Source of the DNA: a virus
Lineage: Duplodnaviria; Caudoviricetes
Virus record (IMG/VR): IMGVR_UViG_3300025986_000001
Span: 66,758-130,757 of that record
Strand: one strand, 5' to 3'
DNA: 64,000 nt
The notes under the pieces were generated by a model. It saw only the letters and a program-made list of their open reading frames with translations. It was not told where the DNA came from and did not search any database. Below are positions 9,351 to 18,739 of the stretch, one piece after another. How positions within the stretch are numbered: position 1 is the stretch's first letter; every line of letters starts with the position of its first letter. The translations under genes and the position numbers were made by a program.

Positions 9351-9505
9351 TGACGACCCCTGGGCGGGTACCCCGTGGGGGTGCCCGGCGCCGCCGGGCC
9401 GGGGCGTTCTGGTTGTCGCTGTGCCTACGATTTAGGGTACTTGGGAATTGCCCATACTGGGCACATGGGAGGCTCCCTTAAGGGGCGAAGTGGTATTGTC
9501 CACCT

Positions 9506-9709
9506 ATGGCAAAGTCCCGGAAGATGCTGGCTGTCGACGCGCGGGGGCGCATCACGCTTGGCTCGTTGGCAGGCGATCACGAAATCTTCCTGGCCAACGT
9601 GAGCGCCGACAACGTGATCACTCTGACGCCGGCGGAGCTGATCCCCGTCGTCAAGCCCAGACCGCGCCGGCGGACCAAGTCGATCCCCTCAGTCGAAGGA
9701 GATCAGTGA
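9506..9709 (+). CDS. AbrB/SpoVT-like small DNA-binding protein
   Basis: VDARGRITL...ITLTP motif. Confidence 0.6.
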   Translation: MAKSRKMLAVDARGRITLGSLAGDHEIFLANVSADNVITLTPAELIPVVKPRPRRRTKSIPSVEGDQ

Positions 9710-10371
9710 AGTCCGTAGAGGTCGTTCGCAGAACAAAGCCGTGTGGCTGCGCGTGCGGGTACAAGGTGAGCGGTCCGGGCGCATATCTGCCCGGACACTC
9801 GCCGCGGGCGCGTAAGCCAGCCCCGCGTTGCGCCTGCGGGTGCGGCGAATTCGTCGCGCTTCGCAAGAGCCTCTACCGAAAGGGGCATCGCCCTGTCGAC
9901 CGAGATCCGCAGGAGTTTTGGACGCGTACGGAAGAGACGGCCTCCGGATGCCGGGTATGGACGGGGAGAGTGGATGACAAGGGCTACGGGGTAGTGAGCT
10001 GGGAAGGCAAGACCTGGGGCGCGCACCGCCTTGCTTGGACGCTGACCTTCGGCACGGTCTCGGACGGACAGTGGGTGCTGCATCACTGCGACAATCCGCC
10101 GTGTGTGAATGCTTCGGGCGGCTGCCTATACCTCGGAGATCACGAGCAGAACGTGGCCGACAAGGTCGATCGTGGCCGACAGGTCGATGGTGAGCGTCAC
10201 GGCCGAGCAAAACTGACCGCAGAGGAGGTTGAGGAGATCAGGCGCCGGTACATCTTTCCGTCCTGCGAGGGCGCGCATGACAGCAACGCTCGAACGCTGG
10301 CCAAGGAGTTTGGAGTCGACCGTAAACAAATCCAGCGGTTGGCTCGGGGTGAAGCCTGGAAGCGGCCCTAA
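9706..10371 (+). CDS. HNH homing endonuclease
   Basis: AHRLAW...VLHHCDNPPCVN...N motif; two N-terminal CxCxCG motifs; C-terminal HTH-like region; GTGA overlap. Confidence 0.85.
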   Translation: MKSVEVVRRTKPCGCACGYKVSGPGAYLPGHSPRARKPAPRCACGCGEFVALRKSLYRKGHRPVDRDPQEFWTRTEETASGCRVWTGRVDDKGYGVVSWEGKTWGAHRLAWTLTFGTVSDGQWVLHHCDNPPCVNASGGCLYLGDHEQNVADKVDRGRQVDGERHGRAKLTAEEVEEIRRRYIFPSCEGAHDSNARTLAKEFGVDRKQIQRLARGEAWKRP

Positions 10372-10428
10372 TATATTCCCCAGGCCGCGCCTCGGCCGCT
10401 GAATCATCACAGGAACAAGGAGAAGAAC

Positions 10429-10767
10429 ATGAGCTTTCGCGCCCGCGCCTTCACCATCGAGGGCTACCTCGACGTCGAAACCAACATCCCCCTCGAGCAA
10501 CTGGCGGTCGGCGACGTCGTCCTCGGTCTCGCCGACGCCGACGCTCCCGATGAGCCGCGCACAGTGCACGCGGTCACCGCGGCTCTCGGCCGACACCACG
10601 TCCCGACCGAGGATCCGACCCGGATGGAGTCCTTCCTGATCAGCATCGGCCTCGAGCGGCTGGTCGCCACCGGCCCGGTCGAGGGGATCCTCGTTGATAG
10701 CGGGGTCGGCGACCCTGGTCTGTTCGCCCTGGAAATCACATCGGTCCTGGACCGGGTCATCTTCTGA
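10429..10767 (+). CDS. hypothetical protein
   Basis: AAGGAG RBS, GC3-biased codons. Confidence 0.7.
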   Translation: MSFRARAFTIEGYLDVETNIPLEQLAVGDVVLGLADADAPDEPRTVHAVTAALGRHHVPTEDPTRMESFLISIGLERLVATGPVEGILVDSGVGDPGLFALEITSVLDRVIF

Positions 10768-10835
10768 CCGTCGCCCGAAGGCCCCGCACCATAAGAAGGC
10801 CATCTCGGCCTCCCCGATCAGAGCAGGAGAAACCG

Positions 10836-11030
10836 GTGATCCAGATCGACTGCACCCATGGCATCTACATGGTGACCAACATCGACTACGACGACGCCGT
10901 GAAACTGGCGGCCCAGCCGGGCGCCTGGTTCGACGTCGAGTACGAGGTCGCAACCGGCCGCGGAAGGATCACGGAGCGGAAGGCGTTCCCGGCCAGCACC
11001 GTAGTAGAGATCAAGAAGACAGGATTCTGA
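10836..11030 (+). CDS. hypothetical protein
   Basis: AGGAGA RBS. Confidence 0.65.
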   Translation: MIQIDCTHGIYMVTNIDYDDAVKLAAQPGAWFDVEYEVATGRGRITERKAFPASTVVEIKKTGF

Positions 11031-11074
11031 CCGGCTCGCCGCAGCGAGCATCGAGATACCGGAAGCAGAAAACC

Positions 11075-11314
11075 ATGAAAGATCTGAACGAGAGCCAGCG
11101 CGCCCGGCTGGAAGCCGCCGTCGACGAGGTCGACCGGCTGATGGAGAAGCGCCAGCCGTCGATTCCGGACGAACTTGCCCTGACCGCAGTGATCGACACT
11201 TTCGGCATCATAGTGCGCCTGCTGGAGGCCGGTGAGATGATCCGCATCGAAGTCGTCGCCGAGAACGGCCGAGTGGTGGCCTCGGCCCCGCTCGCGCTCG
11301 AACCGGACGCCTGA
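11075..11314 (+). CDS. hypothetical protein
   Basis: MKDLNE start. Confidence 0.6.
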   Translation: MKDLNESQRARLEAAVDEVDRLMEKRQPSIPDELALTAVIDTFGIIVRLLEAGEMIRIEVVAENGRVVASAPLALEPDA

Positions 11315-11315
11315 G

Positions 11316-11798
11316 ATGGGCGAGACCCTCCGGTTCGGCTTCGCCAGCGACTTCCTCAGCAACTTCTATCCGTCGCCGATGAGCTGGTGCCCAGCCCCGG
11401 TGGTGGTCCACGAGGAGACGGGGGTCACCGGCATGCAGTACCGCACCAACGAGCACTTCTTCAACGCCCACAAGACCATCGACCTGAACAGCCGCTGGTA
11501 TGTGGCCTCGGCTACGACGCCCGCGGAAGCCAAGCGCCGGGGCCGCGCGGTGCAACTGCGCCCCGGCTGGGACAACTCGGTGCGCTACGAGGTGATGCGG
11601 CAGGGGTTGGCGCTGAAGTTCGCCGACCCGGTACTGCGCCGGCTGCTGCTGGATACCGGCACCGCGGAGCTCGTCGAGCAGACCACCTGGCACGACACCC
11701 ACTGGGGGATCTGCGTCTGTTCCGCACACGGCGGCCGCGGGCTGAACCATCTCGGCGCGATGCTGATGCAGTTGCGTGAGCAGCTGCGCGATACGTGA
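11316..11798 (+). CDS. NADAR (YbiA-like) family protein
   Basis: FLSNFY, EHFF.AHK, AKRRGR, LKF, LLDTG..ELVE, D.HWG, G.N.LG.MLM.LR. Confidence 0.9.
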   Translation: MGETLRFGFASDFLSNFYPSPMSWCPAPVVVHEETGVTGMQYRTNEHFFNAHKTIDLNSRWYVASATTPAEAKRRGRAVQLRPGWDNSVRYEVMRQGLALKFADPVLRRLLLDTGTAELVEQTTWHDTHWGICVCSAHGGRGLNHLGAMLMQLREQLRDT

Positions 11799-12020
11799 AA
11801 AGTTGCGTCCGGCGGGCCGGGCGGCGTTCCATGGACGAATGGCTGATGATGCCGACCAGGTTTTGATCTTGCCGCTGGACTGGAACACTGACGAAATGCT
11901 GTTCTCCCACGTCGTACGCTGCGCGCGCTGCCGGTTGTCCCGGCTGCTGCGTTGCCGCCATCGGTACGGAAAGCGCCGGCCACGCGCCGGCGACCCGGGG
12001 GAGTAGCCGCCGCCTCTAAC

Positions 12021-12076
12021 CCCCGAACGCACAGCAGCCCCGGTCCATGCCGACCGGGGCTGCTGTGCGTTCGGGG
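12021..12076. terminator. long GC hairpin
   Basis: ccccgaacgcacagcagccccggtc / gaccggggctgctgtgcgttcgggg. Confidence 0.6.
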
Positions 12077-12172
12077 GCCGACCGGGGCCGCTCGGACGAG
12101 TACCGGCCCAGGATGCACCTCGTTGAGCCCTTACGTTCCCCTGTCGCACCCTCAACTTCTCTGGGAGAAATC

Positions 12173-12643
12173 GTGAAGTTCACCAAGCGCACCATCGTCG
12201 GCGCAACCGCCGGCGCGGTGCTCGCGGCCGGCGCGGCCTACGCGTTCATTGCCCTGACCGCCCAGGGCACCGCCACCGCAGCGGCCGCCCAGGTGCAGAA
12301 CCCCACGATCGCGAACATCACCGTGGTGCCGATGCTGCCGGGCACGAGCTCGAAGGTCAGCTTCGAGATCAGCAACCCGAACTCGTTCAAGGTCAAGGTG
12401 CTGTCGATCAAGCGGACCGGCGCGTACGTCGCCGCCCCGGGCGCCTGCCAGACCGCCGAGATCAACGGTCCGCTGTCCGCCCTGGACGCCGCGGTCGCAC
12501 TGCCCGCGCCCGTCACCCTCGACGCCGGCCAGACCAACGTGGCCATCGAGGTGCCGTCCGCGATCGGCCTGACCGAGGCCTCCACGCAGACCTGTGCGGT
12601 CTCCTTCCCGATCCAGGTCGACGCGCTGCAGCAGGGAAACTGA
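12173..12643 (+). CDS. secreted beta-sandwich protein
   Basis: Signal peptide ending AAYA; MLPG...FEISNPNSF motif. Confidence 0.8.
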   Translation: MKFTKRTIVGATAGAVLAAGAAYAFIALTAQGTATAAAAQVQNPTIANITVVPMLPGTSSKVSFEISNPNSFKVKVLSIKRTGAYVAAPGACQTAEINGPLSALDAAVALPAPVTLDAGQTNVAIEVPSAIGLTEASTQTCAVSFPIQVDALQQGN

Positions 12644-12764
12644 TCGGCCGGCTCCTTCCTGGAACCGGCCTACCCGTTACCGCCTGGGCCGCCGCGGGGT
12701 TGGGACTGGTGGTATTCGGAACGATCGCCCGCCTACGGGCGCGGCGCAGATAGAGGGGCAGGGC

Positions 12765-13496
12765 GTGAGCAGCACTATCTACACCACCAAGGACGGCCGG
12801 CGAGCCCGCCGTCAGCGCAACTTCAAGCGCCGGTATCCCACCTGGGTGGTGCTCACGTTCACGCTCGGCGCGGTACTGGTGATCCTGGCGGGGGTCGCCA
12901 GTGCCGCCATCGTTCTGCACGGGCGCGGAGTTCTGCGCGCCGCGCCCGTGCAGAACTCCAGCCTGCAGGTCGGCAACGTGCGGCTCAGCCGAGCACTCCT
13001 CCCCGGGAGCACCGCCGACCTGCTGTTCAGCGTGCGGAACCCGAATGCGTTCGCTGCCCGAATCGACCGGGTAACCCTGGTCGGGGGCCTACGCAAGGCG
13101 GCGCCGGCCGGCTGCACCGGCAAGGTGAGGGGACTGGCCGTCAACCCGGCCGGCTACCGCCTGCCGCACGCTGATCAGGTGCTCGTCGGTGCCGGCGCGA
13201 AGAAGAACGTGGCGGTGCATGCCGCGTTCACGCTGGCCGGTACCGCAAAGACCGGTTGTGGTTTCGTCGCCGAGGTCGACGTCAGCGCCACGCAGTTGAC
13301 GGCACCTATCAGCCCTACGGCGACCAAACCCACGACGGCACCGACGAGCACCGGTATGCCGCGGAAGCCGACCACCGCGCCCACGACGACGAAGCCGCCG
13401 ACCACGTCGCCGACGACGCAGGCGACACCTCCCACCGCCACCCCCTCAGCCGTCGACTGCGAACTGCAGGTCGACCCCGATTGTGTGACTGCCTAG
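12765..13496 (+). CDS. membrane-anchored paralogue of 12173-12643 with Pro/Thr-rich tail
   Basis: TM helix; LLPG...FSVRNPNAF; KPTTAPT repeats. Confidence 0.75.
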   Translation: MSSTIYTTKDGRRARRQRNFKRRYPTWVVLTFTLGAVLVILAGVASAAIVLHGRGVLRAAPVQNSSLQVGNVRLSRALLPGSTADLLFSVRNPNAFAARIDRVTLVGGLRKAAPAGCTGKVRGLAVNPAGYRLPHADQVLVGAGAKKNVAVHAAFTLAGTAKTGCGFVAEVDVSATQLTAPISPTATKPTTAPTSTGMPRKPTTAPTTTKPPTTSPTTQATPPTATPSAVDCELQVDPDCVTA

Positions 13497-13527
13497 CGTC
13501 GCGGTACGCAGCCGCTATCCTGGTCGG

Positions 13528-13603
13528 TGCGGAGTGGAGCAGCTCGGAGTGCTCGCTGGGCTCATAACCCAGAGGTCGCGCGGTTCAAATCCCGCCTCCG
13601 CCA
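13528..13603 (+). tRNA. tRNA-fMet (CAT)
   Basis: Cloverleaf, CTGGG-CTCATAA-CCCAG (three G-C pairs), 1:72 mismatch. Confidence 0.9.
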
Positions 13604-13604
13604 C

Positions 13605-13647
13605 AAGCAGGGGACCCCACGTCGACGGTGGGGTCCCCTGCTTTCTG
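13605..13647. terminator. intrinsic terminator between convergent units
   Basis: agcaggggacccca...tggggtcccctgct followed by ttct. Confidence 0.75.
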
Positions 13648-13772
13648 TCACACTGAGGCGATGACGGGCATCACGCTAATGCAGTGGATCTGGTACAGCC
13701 TTTTCGGACTCTTGTCCGTTGCCGGCGCCGGCGCGCTGGCATTTCGATCCAACCGCCGCTCGCGCTGAGCTC

Positions 13773-14124
13773 CTAGCTGCCGTCATGCCGCTGCCAGCAC
13801 TCCAGCAGGGCCACGGCAGCCTGATCATCCTTGCGCAGCAGGGCCTCGGCGTACTCCACAAGACGTTCGCGCCGGATGTGGTACCAGCCGTCGGAAGGCG
13901 ATCCCGCCATGACGAGCAGCGCCTCGTCGTCCCACCAGCCGAAGGCCATCGCACGATCGGAGGATCCGTTCTCGTCGGCCTCGGCATCCAGCTGCCATAC
14001 CTGCTTGGCGTACTCCACCATGCAGGCGCGAATCGCCGCCGGCCACGGGGGCGTCAACGATTGACGACCATACAAGGTAAAGATCGTCTCGGTCTCGCGA
14101 TGCCCGCACGATTGCCTGGCCCAT
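13773..14124 (-). pseudogene. probably frameshifted phage gene
   Basis: AGGAGGAG RBS plus MGQAIV...WSSIVDAP in one frame; ADENGSS...GWWDD C-terminal part in another frame; switch near 14035. Confidence 0.5.
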
Positions 14125-14141
14125 GTTCTCCTCCTGGTTGA

Positions 14142-14627
14142 TTACTTCAACTCGGCACGGATCAGCGCGAGGGCGTGTTCGACCGTAGCCACGAGCGTGT
14201 CACACACGGGTGCCCCGTGCCGCTTGGCGACCCAGATCAGGTACCGGTTGCGCTCCGGATTCGGGCAATCCGCCGGGCAACCGAGAACGACCTTTCCGGA
14301 TCGCACATACAGCCCGAACTCGACGTTGGTGGTGAAGCCGGGCAGCGTGGCAATGTCGCGGGGTATCCAGAATAGAATCGCCCAGGCACGGTCGAGGCCA
14401 GCGGTTTCCCAGTCGACCTGGTCGTGATACTCCGCGGCCCGCTTGCCGCCCCGCGACTCCGGGGTCAGCACGGCGAGTGGCTCCACCCTGGTCCAGGCCG
14501 TGGCGATCGTGGCGATAGCTCCGGCACGCCAGGACGGCATTGTCTCCGCGCGGGGAGTCGGTCCTGCGAGGAACACGGACGGCCCGGCGGGGATGGGCTC
14601 GCGAGCCCAGACAACGGTGACGGTCAC
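14142..14627 (-). CDS. nucleoside 2-deoxyribosyltransferase-like protein
   Basis: VFLAGPTP..SWR, QVDWE, ILFWIPRD, GFTTNVEFG. Confidence 0.85.
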   Translation of the reverse strand: MTVTVVWAREPIPAGPSVFLAGPTPRAETMPSWRAGAIATIATAWTRVEPLAVLTPESRGGKRAAEYHDQVDWETAGLDRAWAILFWIPRDIATLPGFTTNVEFGLYVRSGKVVLGCPADCPNPERNRYLIWVAKRHGAPVCDTLVATVEHALALIRAELK

Positions 14628-15025
14628 GCCGCACCCCCGGCGAGCTGCTGCGGGGTCCAGGGGAGGCGCAGGCCATCGGCGGCGCGGCGGGGGACGACGT
14701 GGAGGTGAAGGTGGAAAACACTCTGGGTGGCTTCGGCACCCTTGGAGGTGATGACGTTCGCCGCGGGCATCTCCGCTACTAGCTCGGCGGCGCGGGCCAT
14801 TGTCTGGGCGGACACCTCGGGACGCTCGCCAACGTCGGCCACGTGGGTGCGCGGGATGACTAGTATGTGGCCAGGGTTGACGCCTCCACGTGGCCTGATC
14901 GCAACGGTGTCGCCCCACTCCCGGATCACGGCCGCCGGTGCCCGGCCTTGCACAATCGCACAGAAAACGCAGTCCTCGGGGTTCACTGGATGACCTTCCT
15001 GGGTCGATAACATCCGTTCGGTCAA
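14624..15025 (-). CDS. HIT family hydrolase (start uncertain)
   Basis: CVFCAIV and FHLHLHVVP histidine triad. Confidence 0.9.
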   Translation of the reverse strand: MTERMLSTQEGHPVNPEDCVFCAIVQGRAPAAVIREWGDTVAIRPRGGVNPGHILVIPRTHVADVGERPEVSAQTMARAAELVAEMPAANVITSKGAEATQSVFHLHLHVVPRRAADGLRLPWTPQQLAGGAA

Positions 15026-16020
15026 CTACGGTCGAACGCGCTCGGCTGTGCTACCGCGGCTGCGACCAGCAGCGACGGGTCGCTTTCCAAGGCCGAGTCG
15101 TTCTGGTCGTAGCGCCGGGTGGTTCGCGGGTCCTTGTGGCCCATTGCCCACTGCCGGTCCTCCAGCTGCGCGCCGCGCCGGCGCGCCATCCCGTTCCAGG
15201 CGTGCCGGAAGCTGTGCGGCGTGATCTTGTTGGCGTTCGGCAGTCCTGCCTTGTGCGCGAGCCGGCGCACAAACCGGTAGACATCGTGCCGGTCCATCGT
15301 GAAACCCTCCTCGGTGACGAACAGCGGCCCGCGCAGATCCTCCACGTCGCAGTCGTCGCAGGCGGCCCGCCACAGCAGATACCGCTCGATCAGCGGCACC
15401 AGTGGCGGCGGGATGACCCGGATCCGGTCCCGGCCACCCTTCATTGCTCGCATCCGCACGATCCGGTAGCCGCGGTCCCAGCCCAGATCCTCCACCGTGA
15501 CCTTCGTGGTCTCGCTGGCCCGCGTGCCCAGCTCCACCAGCCACGTCGCCAGCGGCTCGGCCACCGGCCCGATCCAGCGGTCCCGCTCGCGGGCCGCCGC
15601 GAGCATCGCCGCGGCCTCCTCGTGCGTGAACGACACGGTGGGGGAGAAGTCCCGGTCCACCTTCGGCCGGTCCGCGGCCGCCGCCGGGTTCGCCGGCACC
15701 GCGGCCAGCTTCACCAGGAACGCGTACCAGCTGGAGACCGCCGACATCTTCCGCGACACCGTGCTGGCCGACGCCGGCCGCCCTGAATCCGGCGCCTCCA
15801 GCGCCCGGCCCCAGTCGTTGACGTCCGGCCAGCCGGCCCGCAGCGGATCCACGCCGCGTTCGGCGCACCAGGCCAGCCACTGGTTGACGTCGCGCCGGTA
15901 CGCCTCGCGGGTGTTCGCCGCGAAGCGGCGGTTGAGCAGCCACCGCTCGGTGAACTCCACCAGCGGATCGTGCTCGACGAGCTCACCCTCGACGGGCTCG
16001 AGCATCTCGATCTCGGTCAC
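15022..16020 (-). CDS. tyrosine recombinase (XerC/D-like)
   Basis: N-terminal NTREAYRRD; catalytic GTRASE, PHSFRH, MGH, TTRRY. Confidence 0.92.
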   Translation of the reverse strand: MTEIEMLEPVEGELVEHDPLVEFTERWLLNRRFAANTREAYRRDVNQWLAWCAERGVDPLRAGWPDVNDWGRALEAPDSGRPASASTVSRKMSAVSSWYAFLVKLAAVPANPAAAADRPKVDRDFSPTVSFTHEEAAAMLAAARERDRWIGPVAEPLATWLVELGTRASETTKVTVEDLGWDRGYRIVRMRAMKGGRDRIRVIPPPLVPLIERYLLWRAACDDCDVEDLRGPLFVTEEGFTMDRHDVYRFVRRLAHKAGLPNANKITPHSFRHAWNGMARRRGAQLEDRQWAMGHKDPRTTRRYDQNDSALESDPSLLVAAAVAQPSAFDRS

Positions 16021-16158
16021 GACAGCACCTCCAGCAGGAACATCAGCGTGACGCCGGCCAGCATCCCCGCCAGGAAGATTTCCCACCGGCTGTACTCCTC
16101 GTCGAGCCAATCGAACTCGCGATCGCCGTGCTCGTAGACCTCTCGCGACTCGGGGACC

Positions 16159-16473
16159 TCAGTCATCACAAGCACCTCTCAGCGGTGTGGGCCAACCTCT
16201 CTCCTGGCGCATCGCCGCCGTCATCTGAGCCGCGGCCATCTGGTCGGCGTCGATACCCAGGTGGCTGCAGTGCTCCAGCACGGCGCGCACCGCGCTGACC
16301 ACCGCGAAGTTAGGCAGCTCGTCCGACTCGATGCAGGCCGAGCACATGGTTACGCAGAAGACGCCGACCGGCGAACCGACCGTGCACACCCTCAGGCCCT
16401 GCTTGGCGGTCCCCCGGCAGCAGATGCAGCTCGAGTCGAGCGGGCAGCCGCTGACGTCATCAAGGTCGATCAC
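16159..16473 (-). CDS. Cys-rich hypothetical protein
   Basis: GGAGG RBS; GVFCVTMCSAC...HCSHLGID. Confidence 0.65.
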   Translation of the reverse strand: MIDLDDVSGCPLDSSCICCRGTAKQGLRVCTVGSPVGVFCVTMCSACIESDELPNFAVVSAVRAVLEHCSHLGIDADQMAAAQMTAAMRQERGWPTPLRGACDD

Positions 16474-16703
16474 GGTGTCACCTCCGGCCAGCGATTCGCG
16501 CAGCCCGGCCGGCGGCAGCGCACCGCGGGCGGGATGCGCTCGGCCTCGACCAGCCGCTCCTGCAGGATGATGTCGTTGTCGCACGCCGCGCGCTGGTCGT
16601 CCCCGGCGACGTGTACCTTCTTCGGCGCGTAGACGTCCGGCCGGTTGTAGGCGCTGGCATCGCGCCGGCCGGCCATCACGATGCGCGCGTTCGTTGTGTC
16701 CAC
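16470..16703 (-). CDS. hypothetical protein
   Basis: AAGGAGA RBS; RCRRPGC. Confidence 0.65.
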   Translation of the reverse strand: MDTTNARIVMAGRRDASAYNRPDVYAPKKVHVAGDDQRAACDNDIILQERLVEAERIPPAVRCRRPGCANRWPEVTP

Positions 16704-17110
16704 CGTTTCTCCTTGGCTGCTGTGAACAACGGTTCGAGCTGTTCGATCGTGAGCCCGCCGGCCATGCATCCCCTGTCCAGCCAGGGCTCACCACAGAAGC
16801 AGTTGTAGGCGCCGAACGCGTTGCCGACCTGCGAGCAGCCGTGCTCGAACAGCGGGATCCGACGAAACTGCCGGCACGTCGGGTCGCCATCGGCGTAGAC
16901 GTAGGTATTGCGGACGTGTACGCCGAAGTGATCAAGGCAGGTGCCGACCACCGGCGACTCGGCCTCGATCAGCTCCCAGCACGGGTCGCAGCAGCCGCGC
17001 GCCATTTCACGCAGCACCTGCTTCCTGAGCAGCCTGAAGTCGCCCTCGCACCAGTAGTTGCAGACCCGGCAGGAATGCGCGGACTTGAAGAGCGGCTCCC
17101 CGGCGGTCAT
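16676..17110 (-). CDS. Cys-rich hypothetical protein
   Basis: Coupled ORF with several CxxC/CxC motifs. Confidence 0.6.
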   Translation of the reverse strand: MTAGEPLFKSAHSCRVCNYWCEGDFRLLRKQVLREMARGCCDPCWELIEAESPVVGTCLDHFGVHVRNTYVYADGDPTCRQFRRIPLFEHGCSQVGNAFGAYNCFCGEPWLDRGCMAGGLTIEQLEPLFTAAKEKRWTQRTRAS

Positions 17111-17484
17111 GAGCCTTCCTCGACAAGCGGCCCGCGGTTGTAGACCAGCCAGTCCCAGTGCGCCTCGCCGCCATATCCATCGCTCCACATGGAGTTGTCT
17201 GCGGTCATCGAACGCCACTCGCGGCCGTCCTTAGTCCGAACGGACCGGATATGCGCGCCGGGTGGATCGGGCATGCTCCACCGCTCAGGCTGGCGCTCCC
17301 GCGAGCAGGCCAACACCGTGATCTCGCCCTTGACGGTCAGTACCCAGTCGTGCCCACGAAACGGCACCCCGCACGGGCACGGGGTCATATCGACCTGAAC
17401 GAGCCTCCTTCGCGATTCGATATGTGCGAACCGCGAGGGAACCTCGGCGTCGGGGTGAAGCAGTAACATTTCCGTGAACATCAT
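17107..17484 (-). CDS. hypothetical protein
   Basis: GAGGAG RBS, coupled. Confidence 0.6.
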   Translation of the reverse strand: MMFTEMLLLHPDAEVPSRFAHIESRRRLVQVDMTPCPCGVPFRGHDWVLTVKGEITVLACSRERQPERWSMPDPPGAHIRSVRTKDGREWRSMTADNSMWSDGYGGEAHWDWLVYNRGPLVEEGS

Positions 17485-17771
17485 CACTCCTCGATCTGGC
17501 TGCAGGAACACTGGCCGCCGCAGCACTCGCCGCGACAGTCGTACTCTTCGCAGCAGCACCAGCCGCGTGGCACCGAGTCGTCGGAGCGGCGGAAACAGCC
17601 GCGCCACAGGCACTGCGCGACGTCGCCGTCCCACTCGACAGTGCCGGCAGCGGGGAAGCGGTCCCACGGGTGCTTGACCGGACAGACCCAGAACTTGAGC
17701 TGGATCTTCCCGCTGCTGATCGCCTTGTCGATTTCCGCGATCGCCTCGTCGAACTCCCGGTCGCTCATCAT
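17484..17771 (-). CDS. Cys-rich hypothetical protein
   Basis: GAGGAG RBS, coupled. Confidence 0.65.
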   Translation of the reverse strand: MMSDREFDEAIAEIDKAISSGKIQLKFWVCPVKHPWDRFPAAGTVEWDGDVAQCLWRGCFRRSDDSVPRGWCCCEEYDCRGECCGGQCSCSQIEE

Positions 17772-18223
17772 CAAATCTCCTCGGCTGCGCGAATTATTAC
17801 GAAGGAGCCGGGGACGAAAATCAGCTCAATCCTGCCTAGGTAGACATGTACATGGCCGGAGGAGTCCGTTCCGGTACCAGTAATCAATTCCCACCCGCCG
17901 TCAACAATCGTCTCGTTTCCGACAGCAAGATTCTCGGCCGGGATCGAGATCCAGGAGTCATCCCGATTCAACTCCTGGCCGAGCTTGCTGGCCTTTTCCC
18001 GAGCTGATATCCACAAGGCGCGAAACTCGTCAAGGTCTCCGCCGAGCGCCAAGACAATCTTGGCGGCGATCGGCCACGACGGGATGGTCCTCCCCTTGAC
18101 AGTGCGGTTGACCGTGTCGTGACTGACTTGTCCGATGCGGCTCGCGACAGCCCTACTGCTGGGTGCGCCGGCCTTCAGGTGAAGCGCGGTGATTGCCTCG
18201 CCGAACTCCCGGTCGCTCATCAC
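17771..18223 (-). CDS. XRE-like HTH protein
   Basis: LHLKAGAPSSRAVA...VSHDTVNR...G..IPSWP. Confidence 0.75.
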   Translation of the reverse strand: MMSDREFGEAITALHLKAGAPSSRAVASRIGQVSHDTVNRTVKGRTIPSWPIAAKIVLALGGDLDEFRALWISAREKASKLGQELNRDDSWISIPAENLAVGNETIVDGGWELITGTGTDSSGHVHVYLGRIELIFVPGSFVIIRAAEEI

Positions 18224-18516
18224 TGGGGTCGGACCTCGAAGGAGACGCCGGCGGGAAGGCCCGGCGAGAGCCAGGAAACACCCTGCATGGCCACCCAGGA
18301 CCTGACCTCCACGTAGCCCAGCTCGGCTAGCGCTTCCCGGACGGCGTCGACATCCTCACGGGCCAGTTCGCGACCGCGAGCGCCGATGTTGAAGACGCCG
18401 CCGGCGTACGCCTTGACGAGGAGATCGCCGTCGACGACCTCGGAGCATTGTTGGCCTTCCTGGAAGCTGCGCCGCAGCAGGCGCCGCAGGGCCTGAGTCA
18501 GCTCCTTGTCAGTCAT
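18220..18516 (-). CDS. hypothetical protein
   Basis: GAGGAG RBS. Confidence 0.65.
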   Translation of the reverse strand: MTDKELTQALRRLLRRSFQEGQQCSEVVDGDLLVKAYAGGVFNIGARGRELAREDVDAVREALAELGYVEVRSWVAMQGVSWLSPGLPAGVSFEVRPQ

Positions 18517-18737
18517 CGCTCCTCGATCCAAATTTTCTTGACGTCGGCCCAGCGCAGCGCCGACAAACTGCCGTCATTTGCGCGGAACCTCAGCCGCCCC
18601 TCCAAGGGCATATCGCCCTCGTCGAACCCGCGAATGTTGTCCTCGACCTGGTCGCGCAACCAGTCGGGGACCCCGGAAAGCCGCATCACTACCGCCTTTC
18701 CGTTTCTGCTCGTCTCGACCGCGACGACGAACGGCAT
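18513..18737 (-). CDS. hypothetical protein
   Basis: Coupled ORF. Confidence 0.65.
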   Translation of the reverse strand: MPFVVAVETSRNGKAVVMRLSGVPDWLRDQVEDNIRGFDEGDMPLEGRLRFRANDGSLSALRWADVKKIWIEER

Positions 18738-18739
18738 GA

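Noticed and set aside
15022-16020. Calling the recombinase an integron integrase or the prophage integrase
   Set aside because: No IntI-specific insertion is recognisable and no att site was identified; it looks XerC/D-like.
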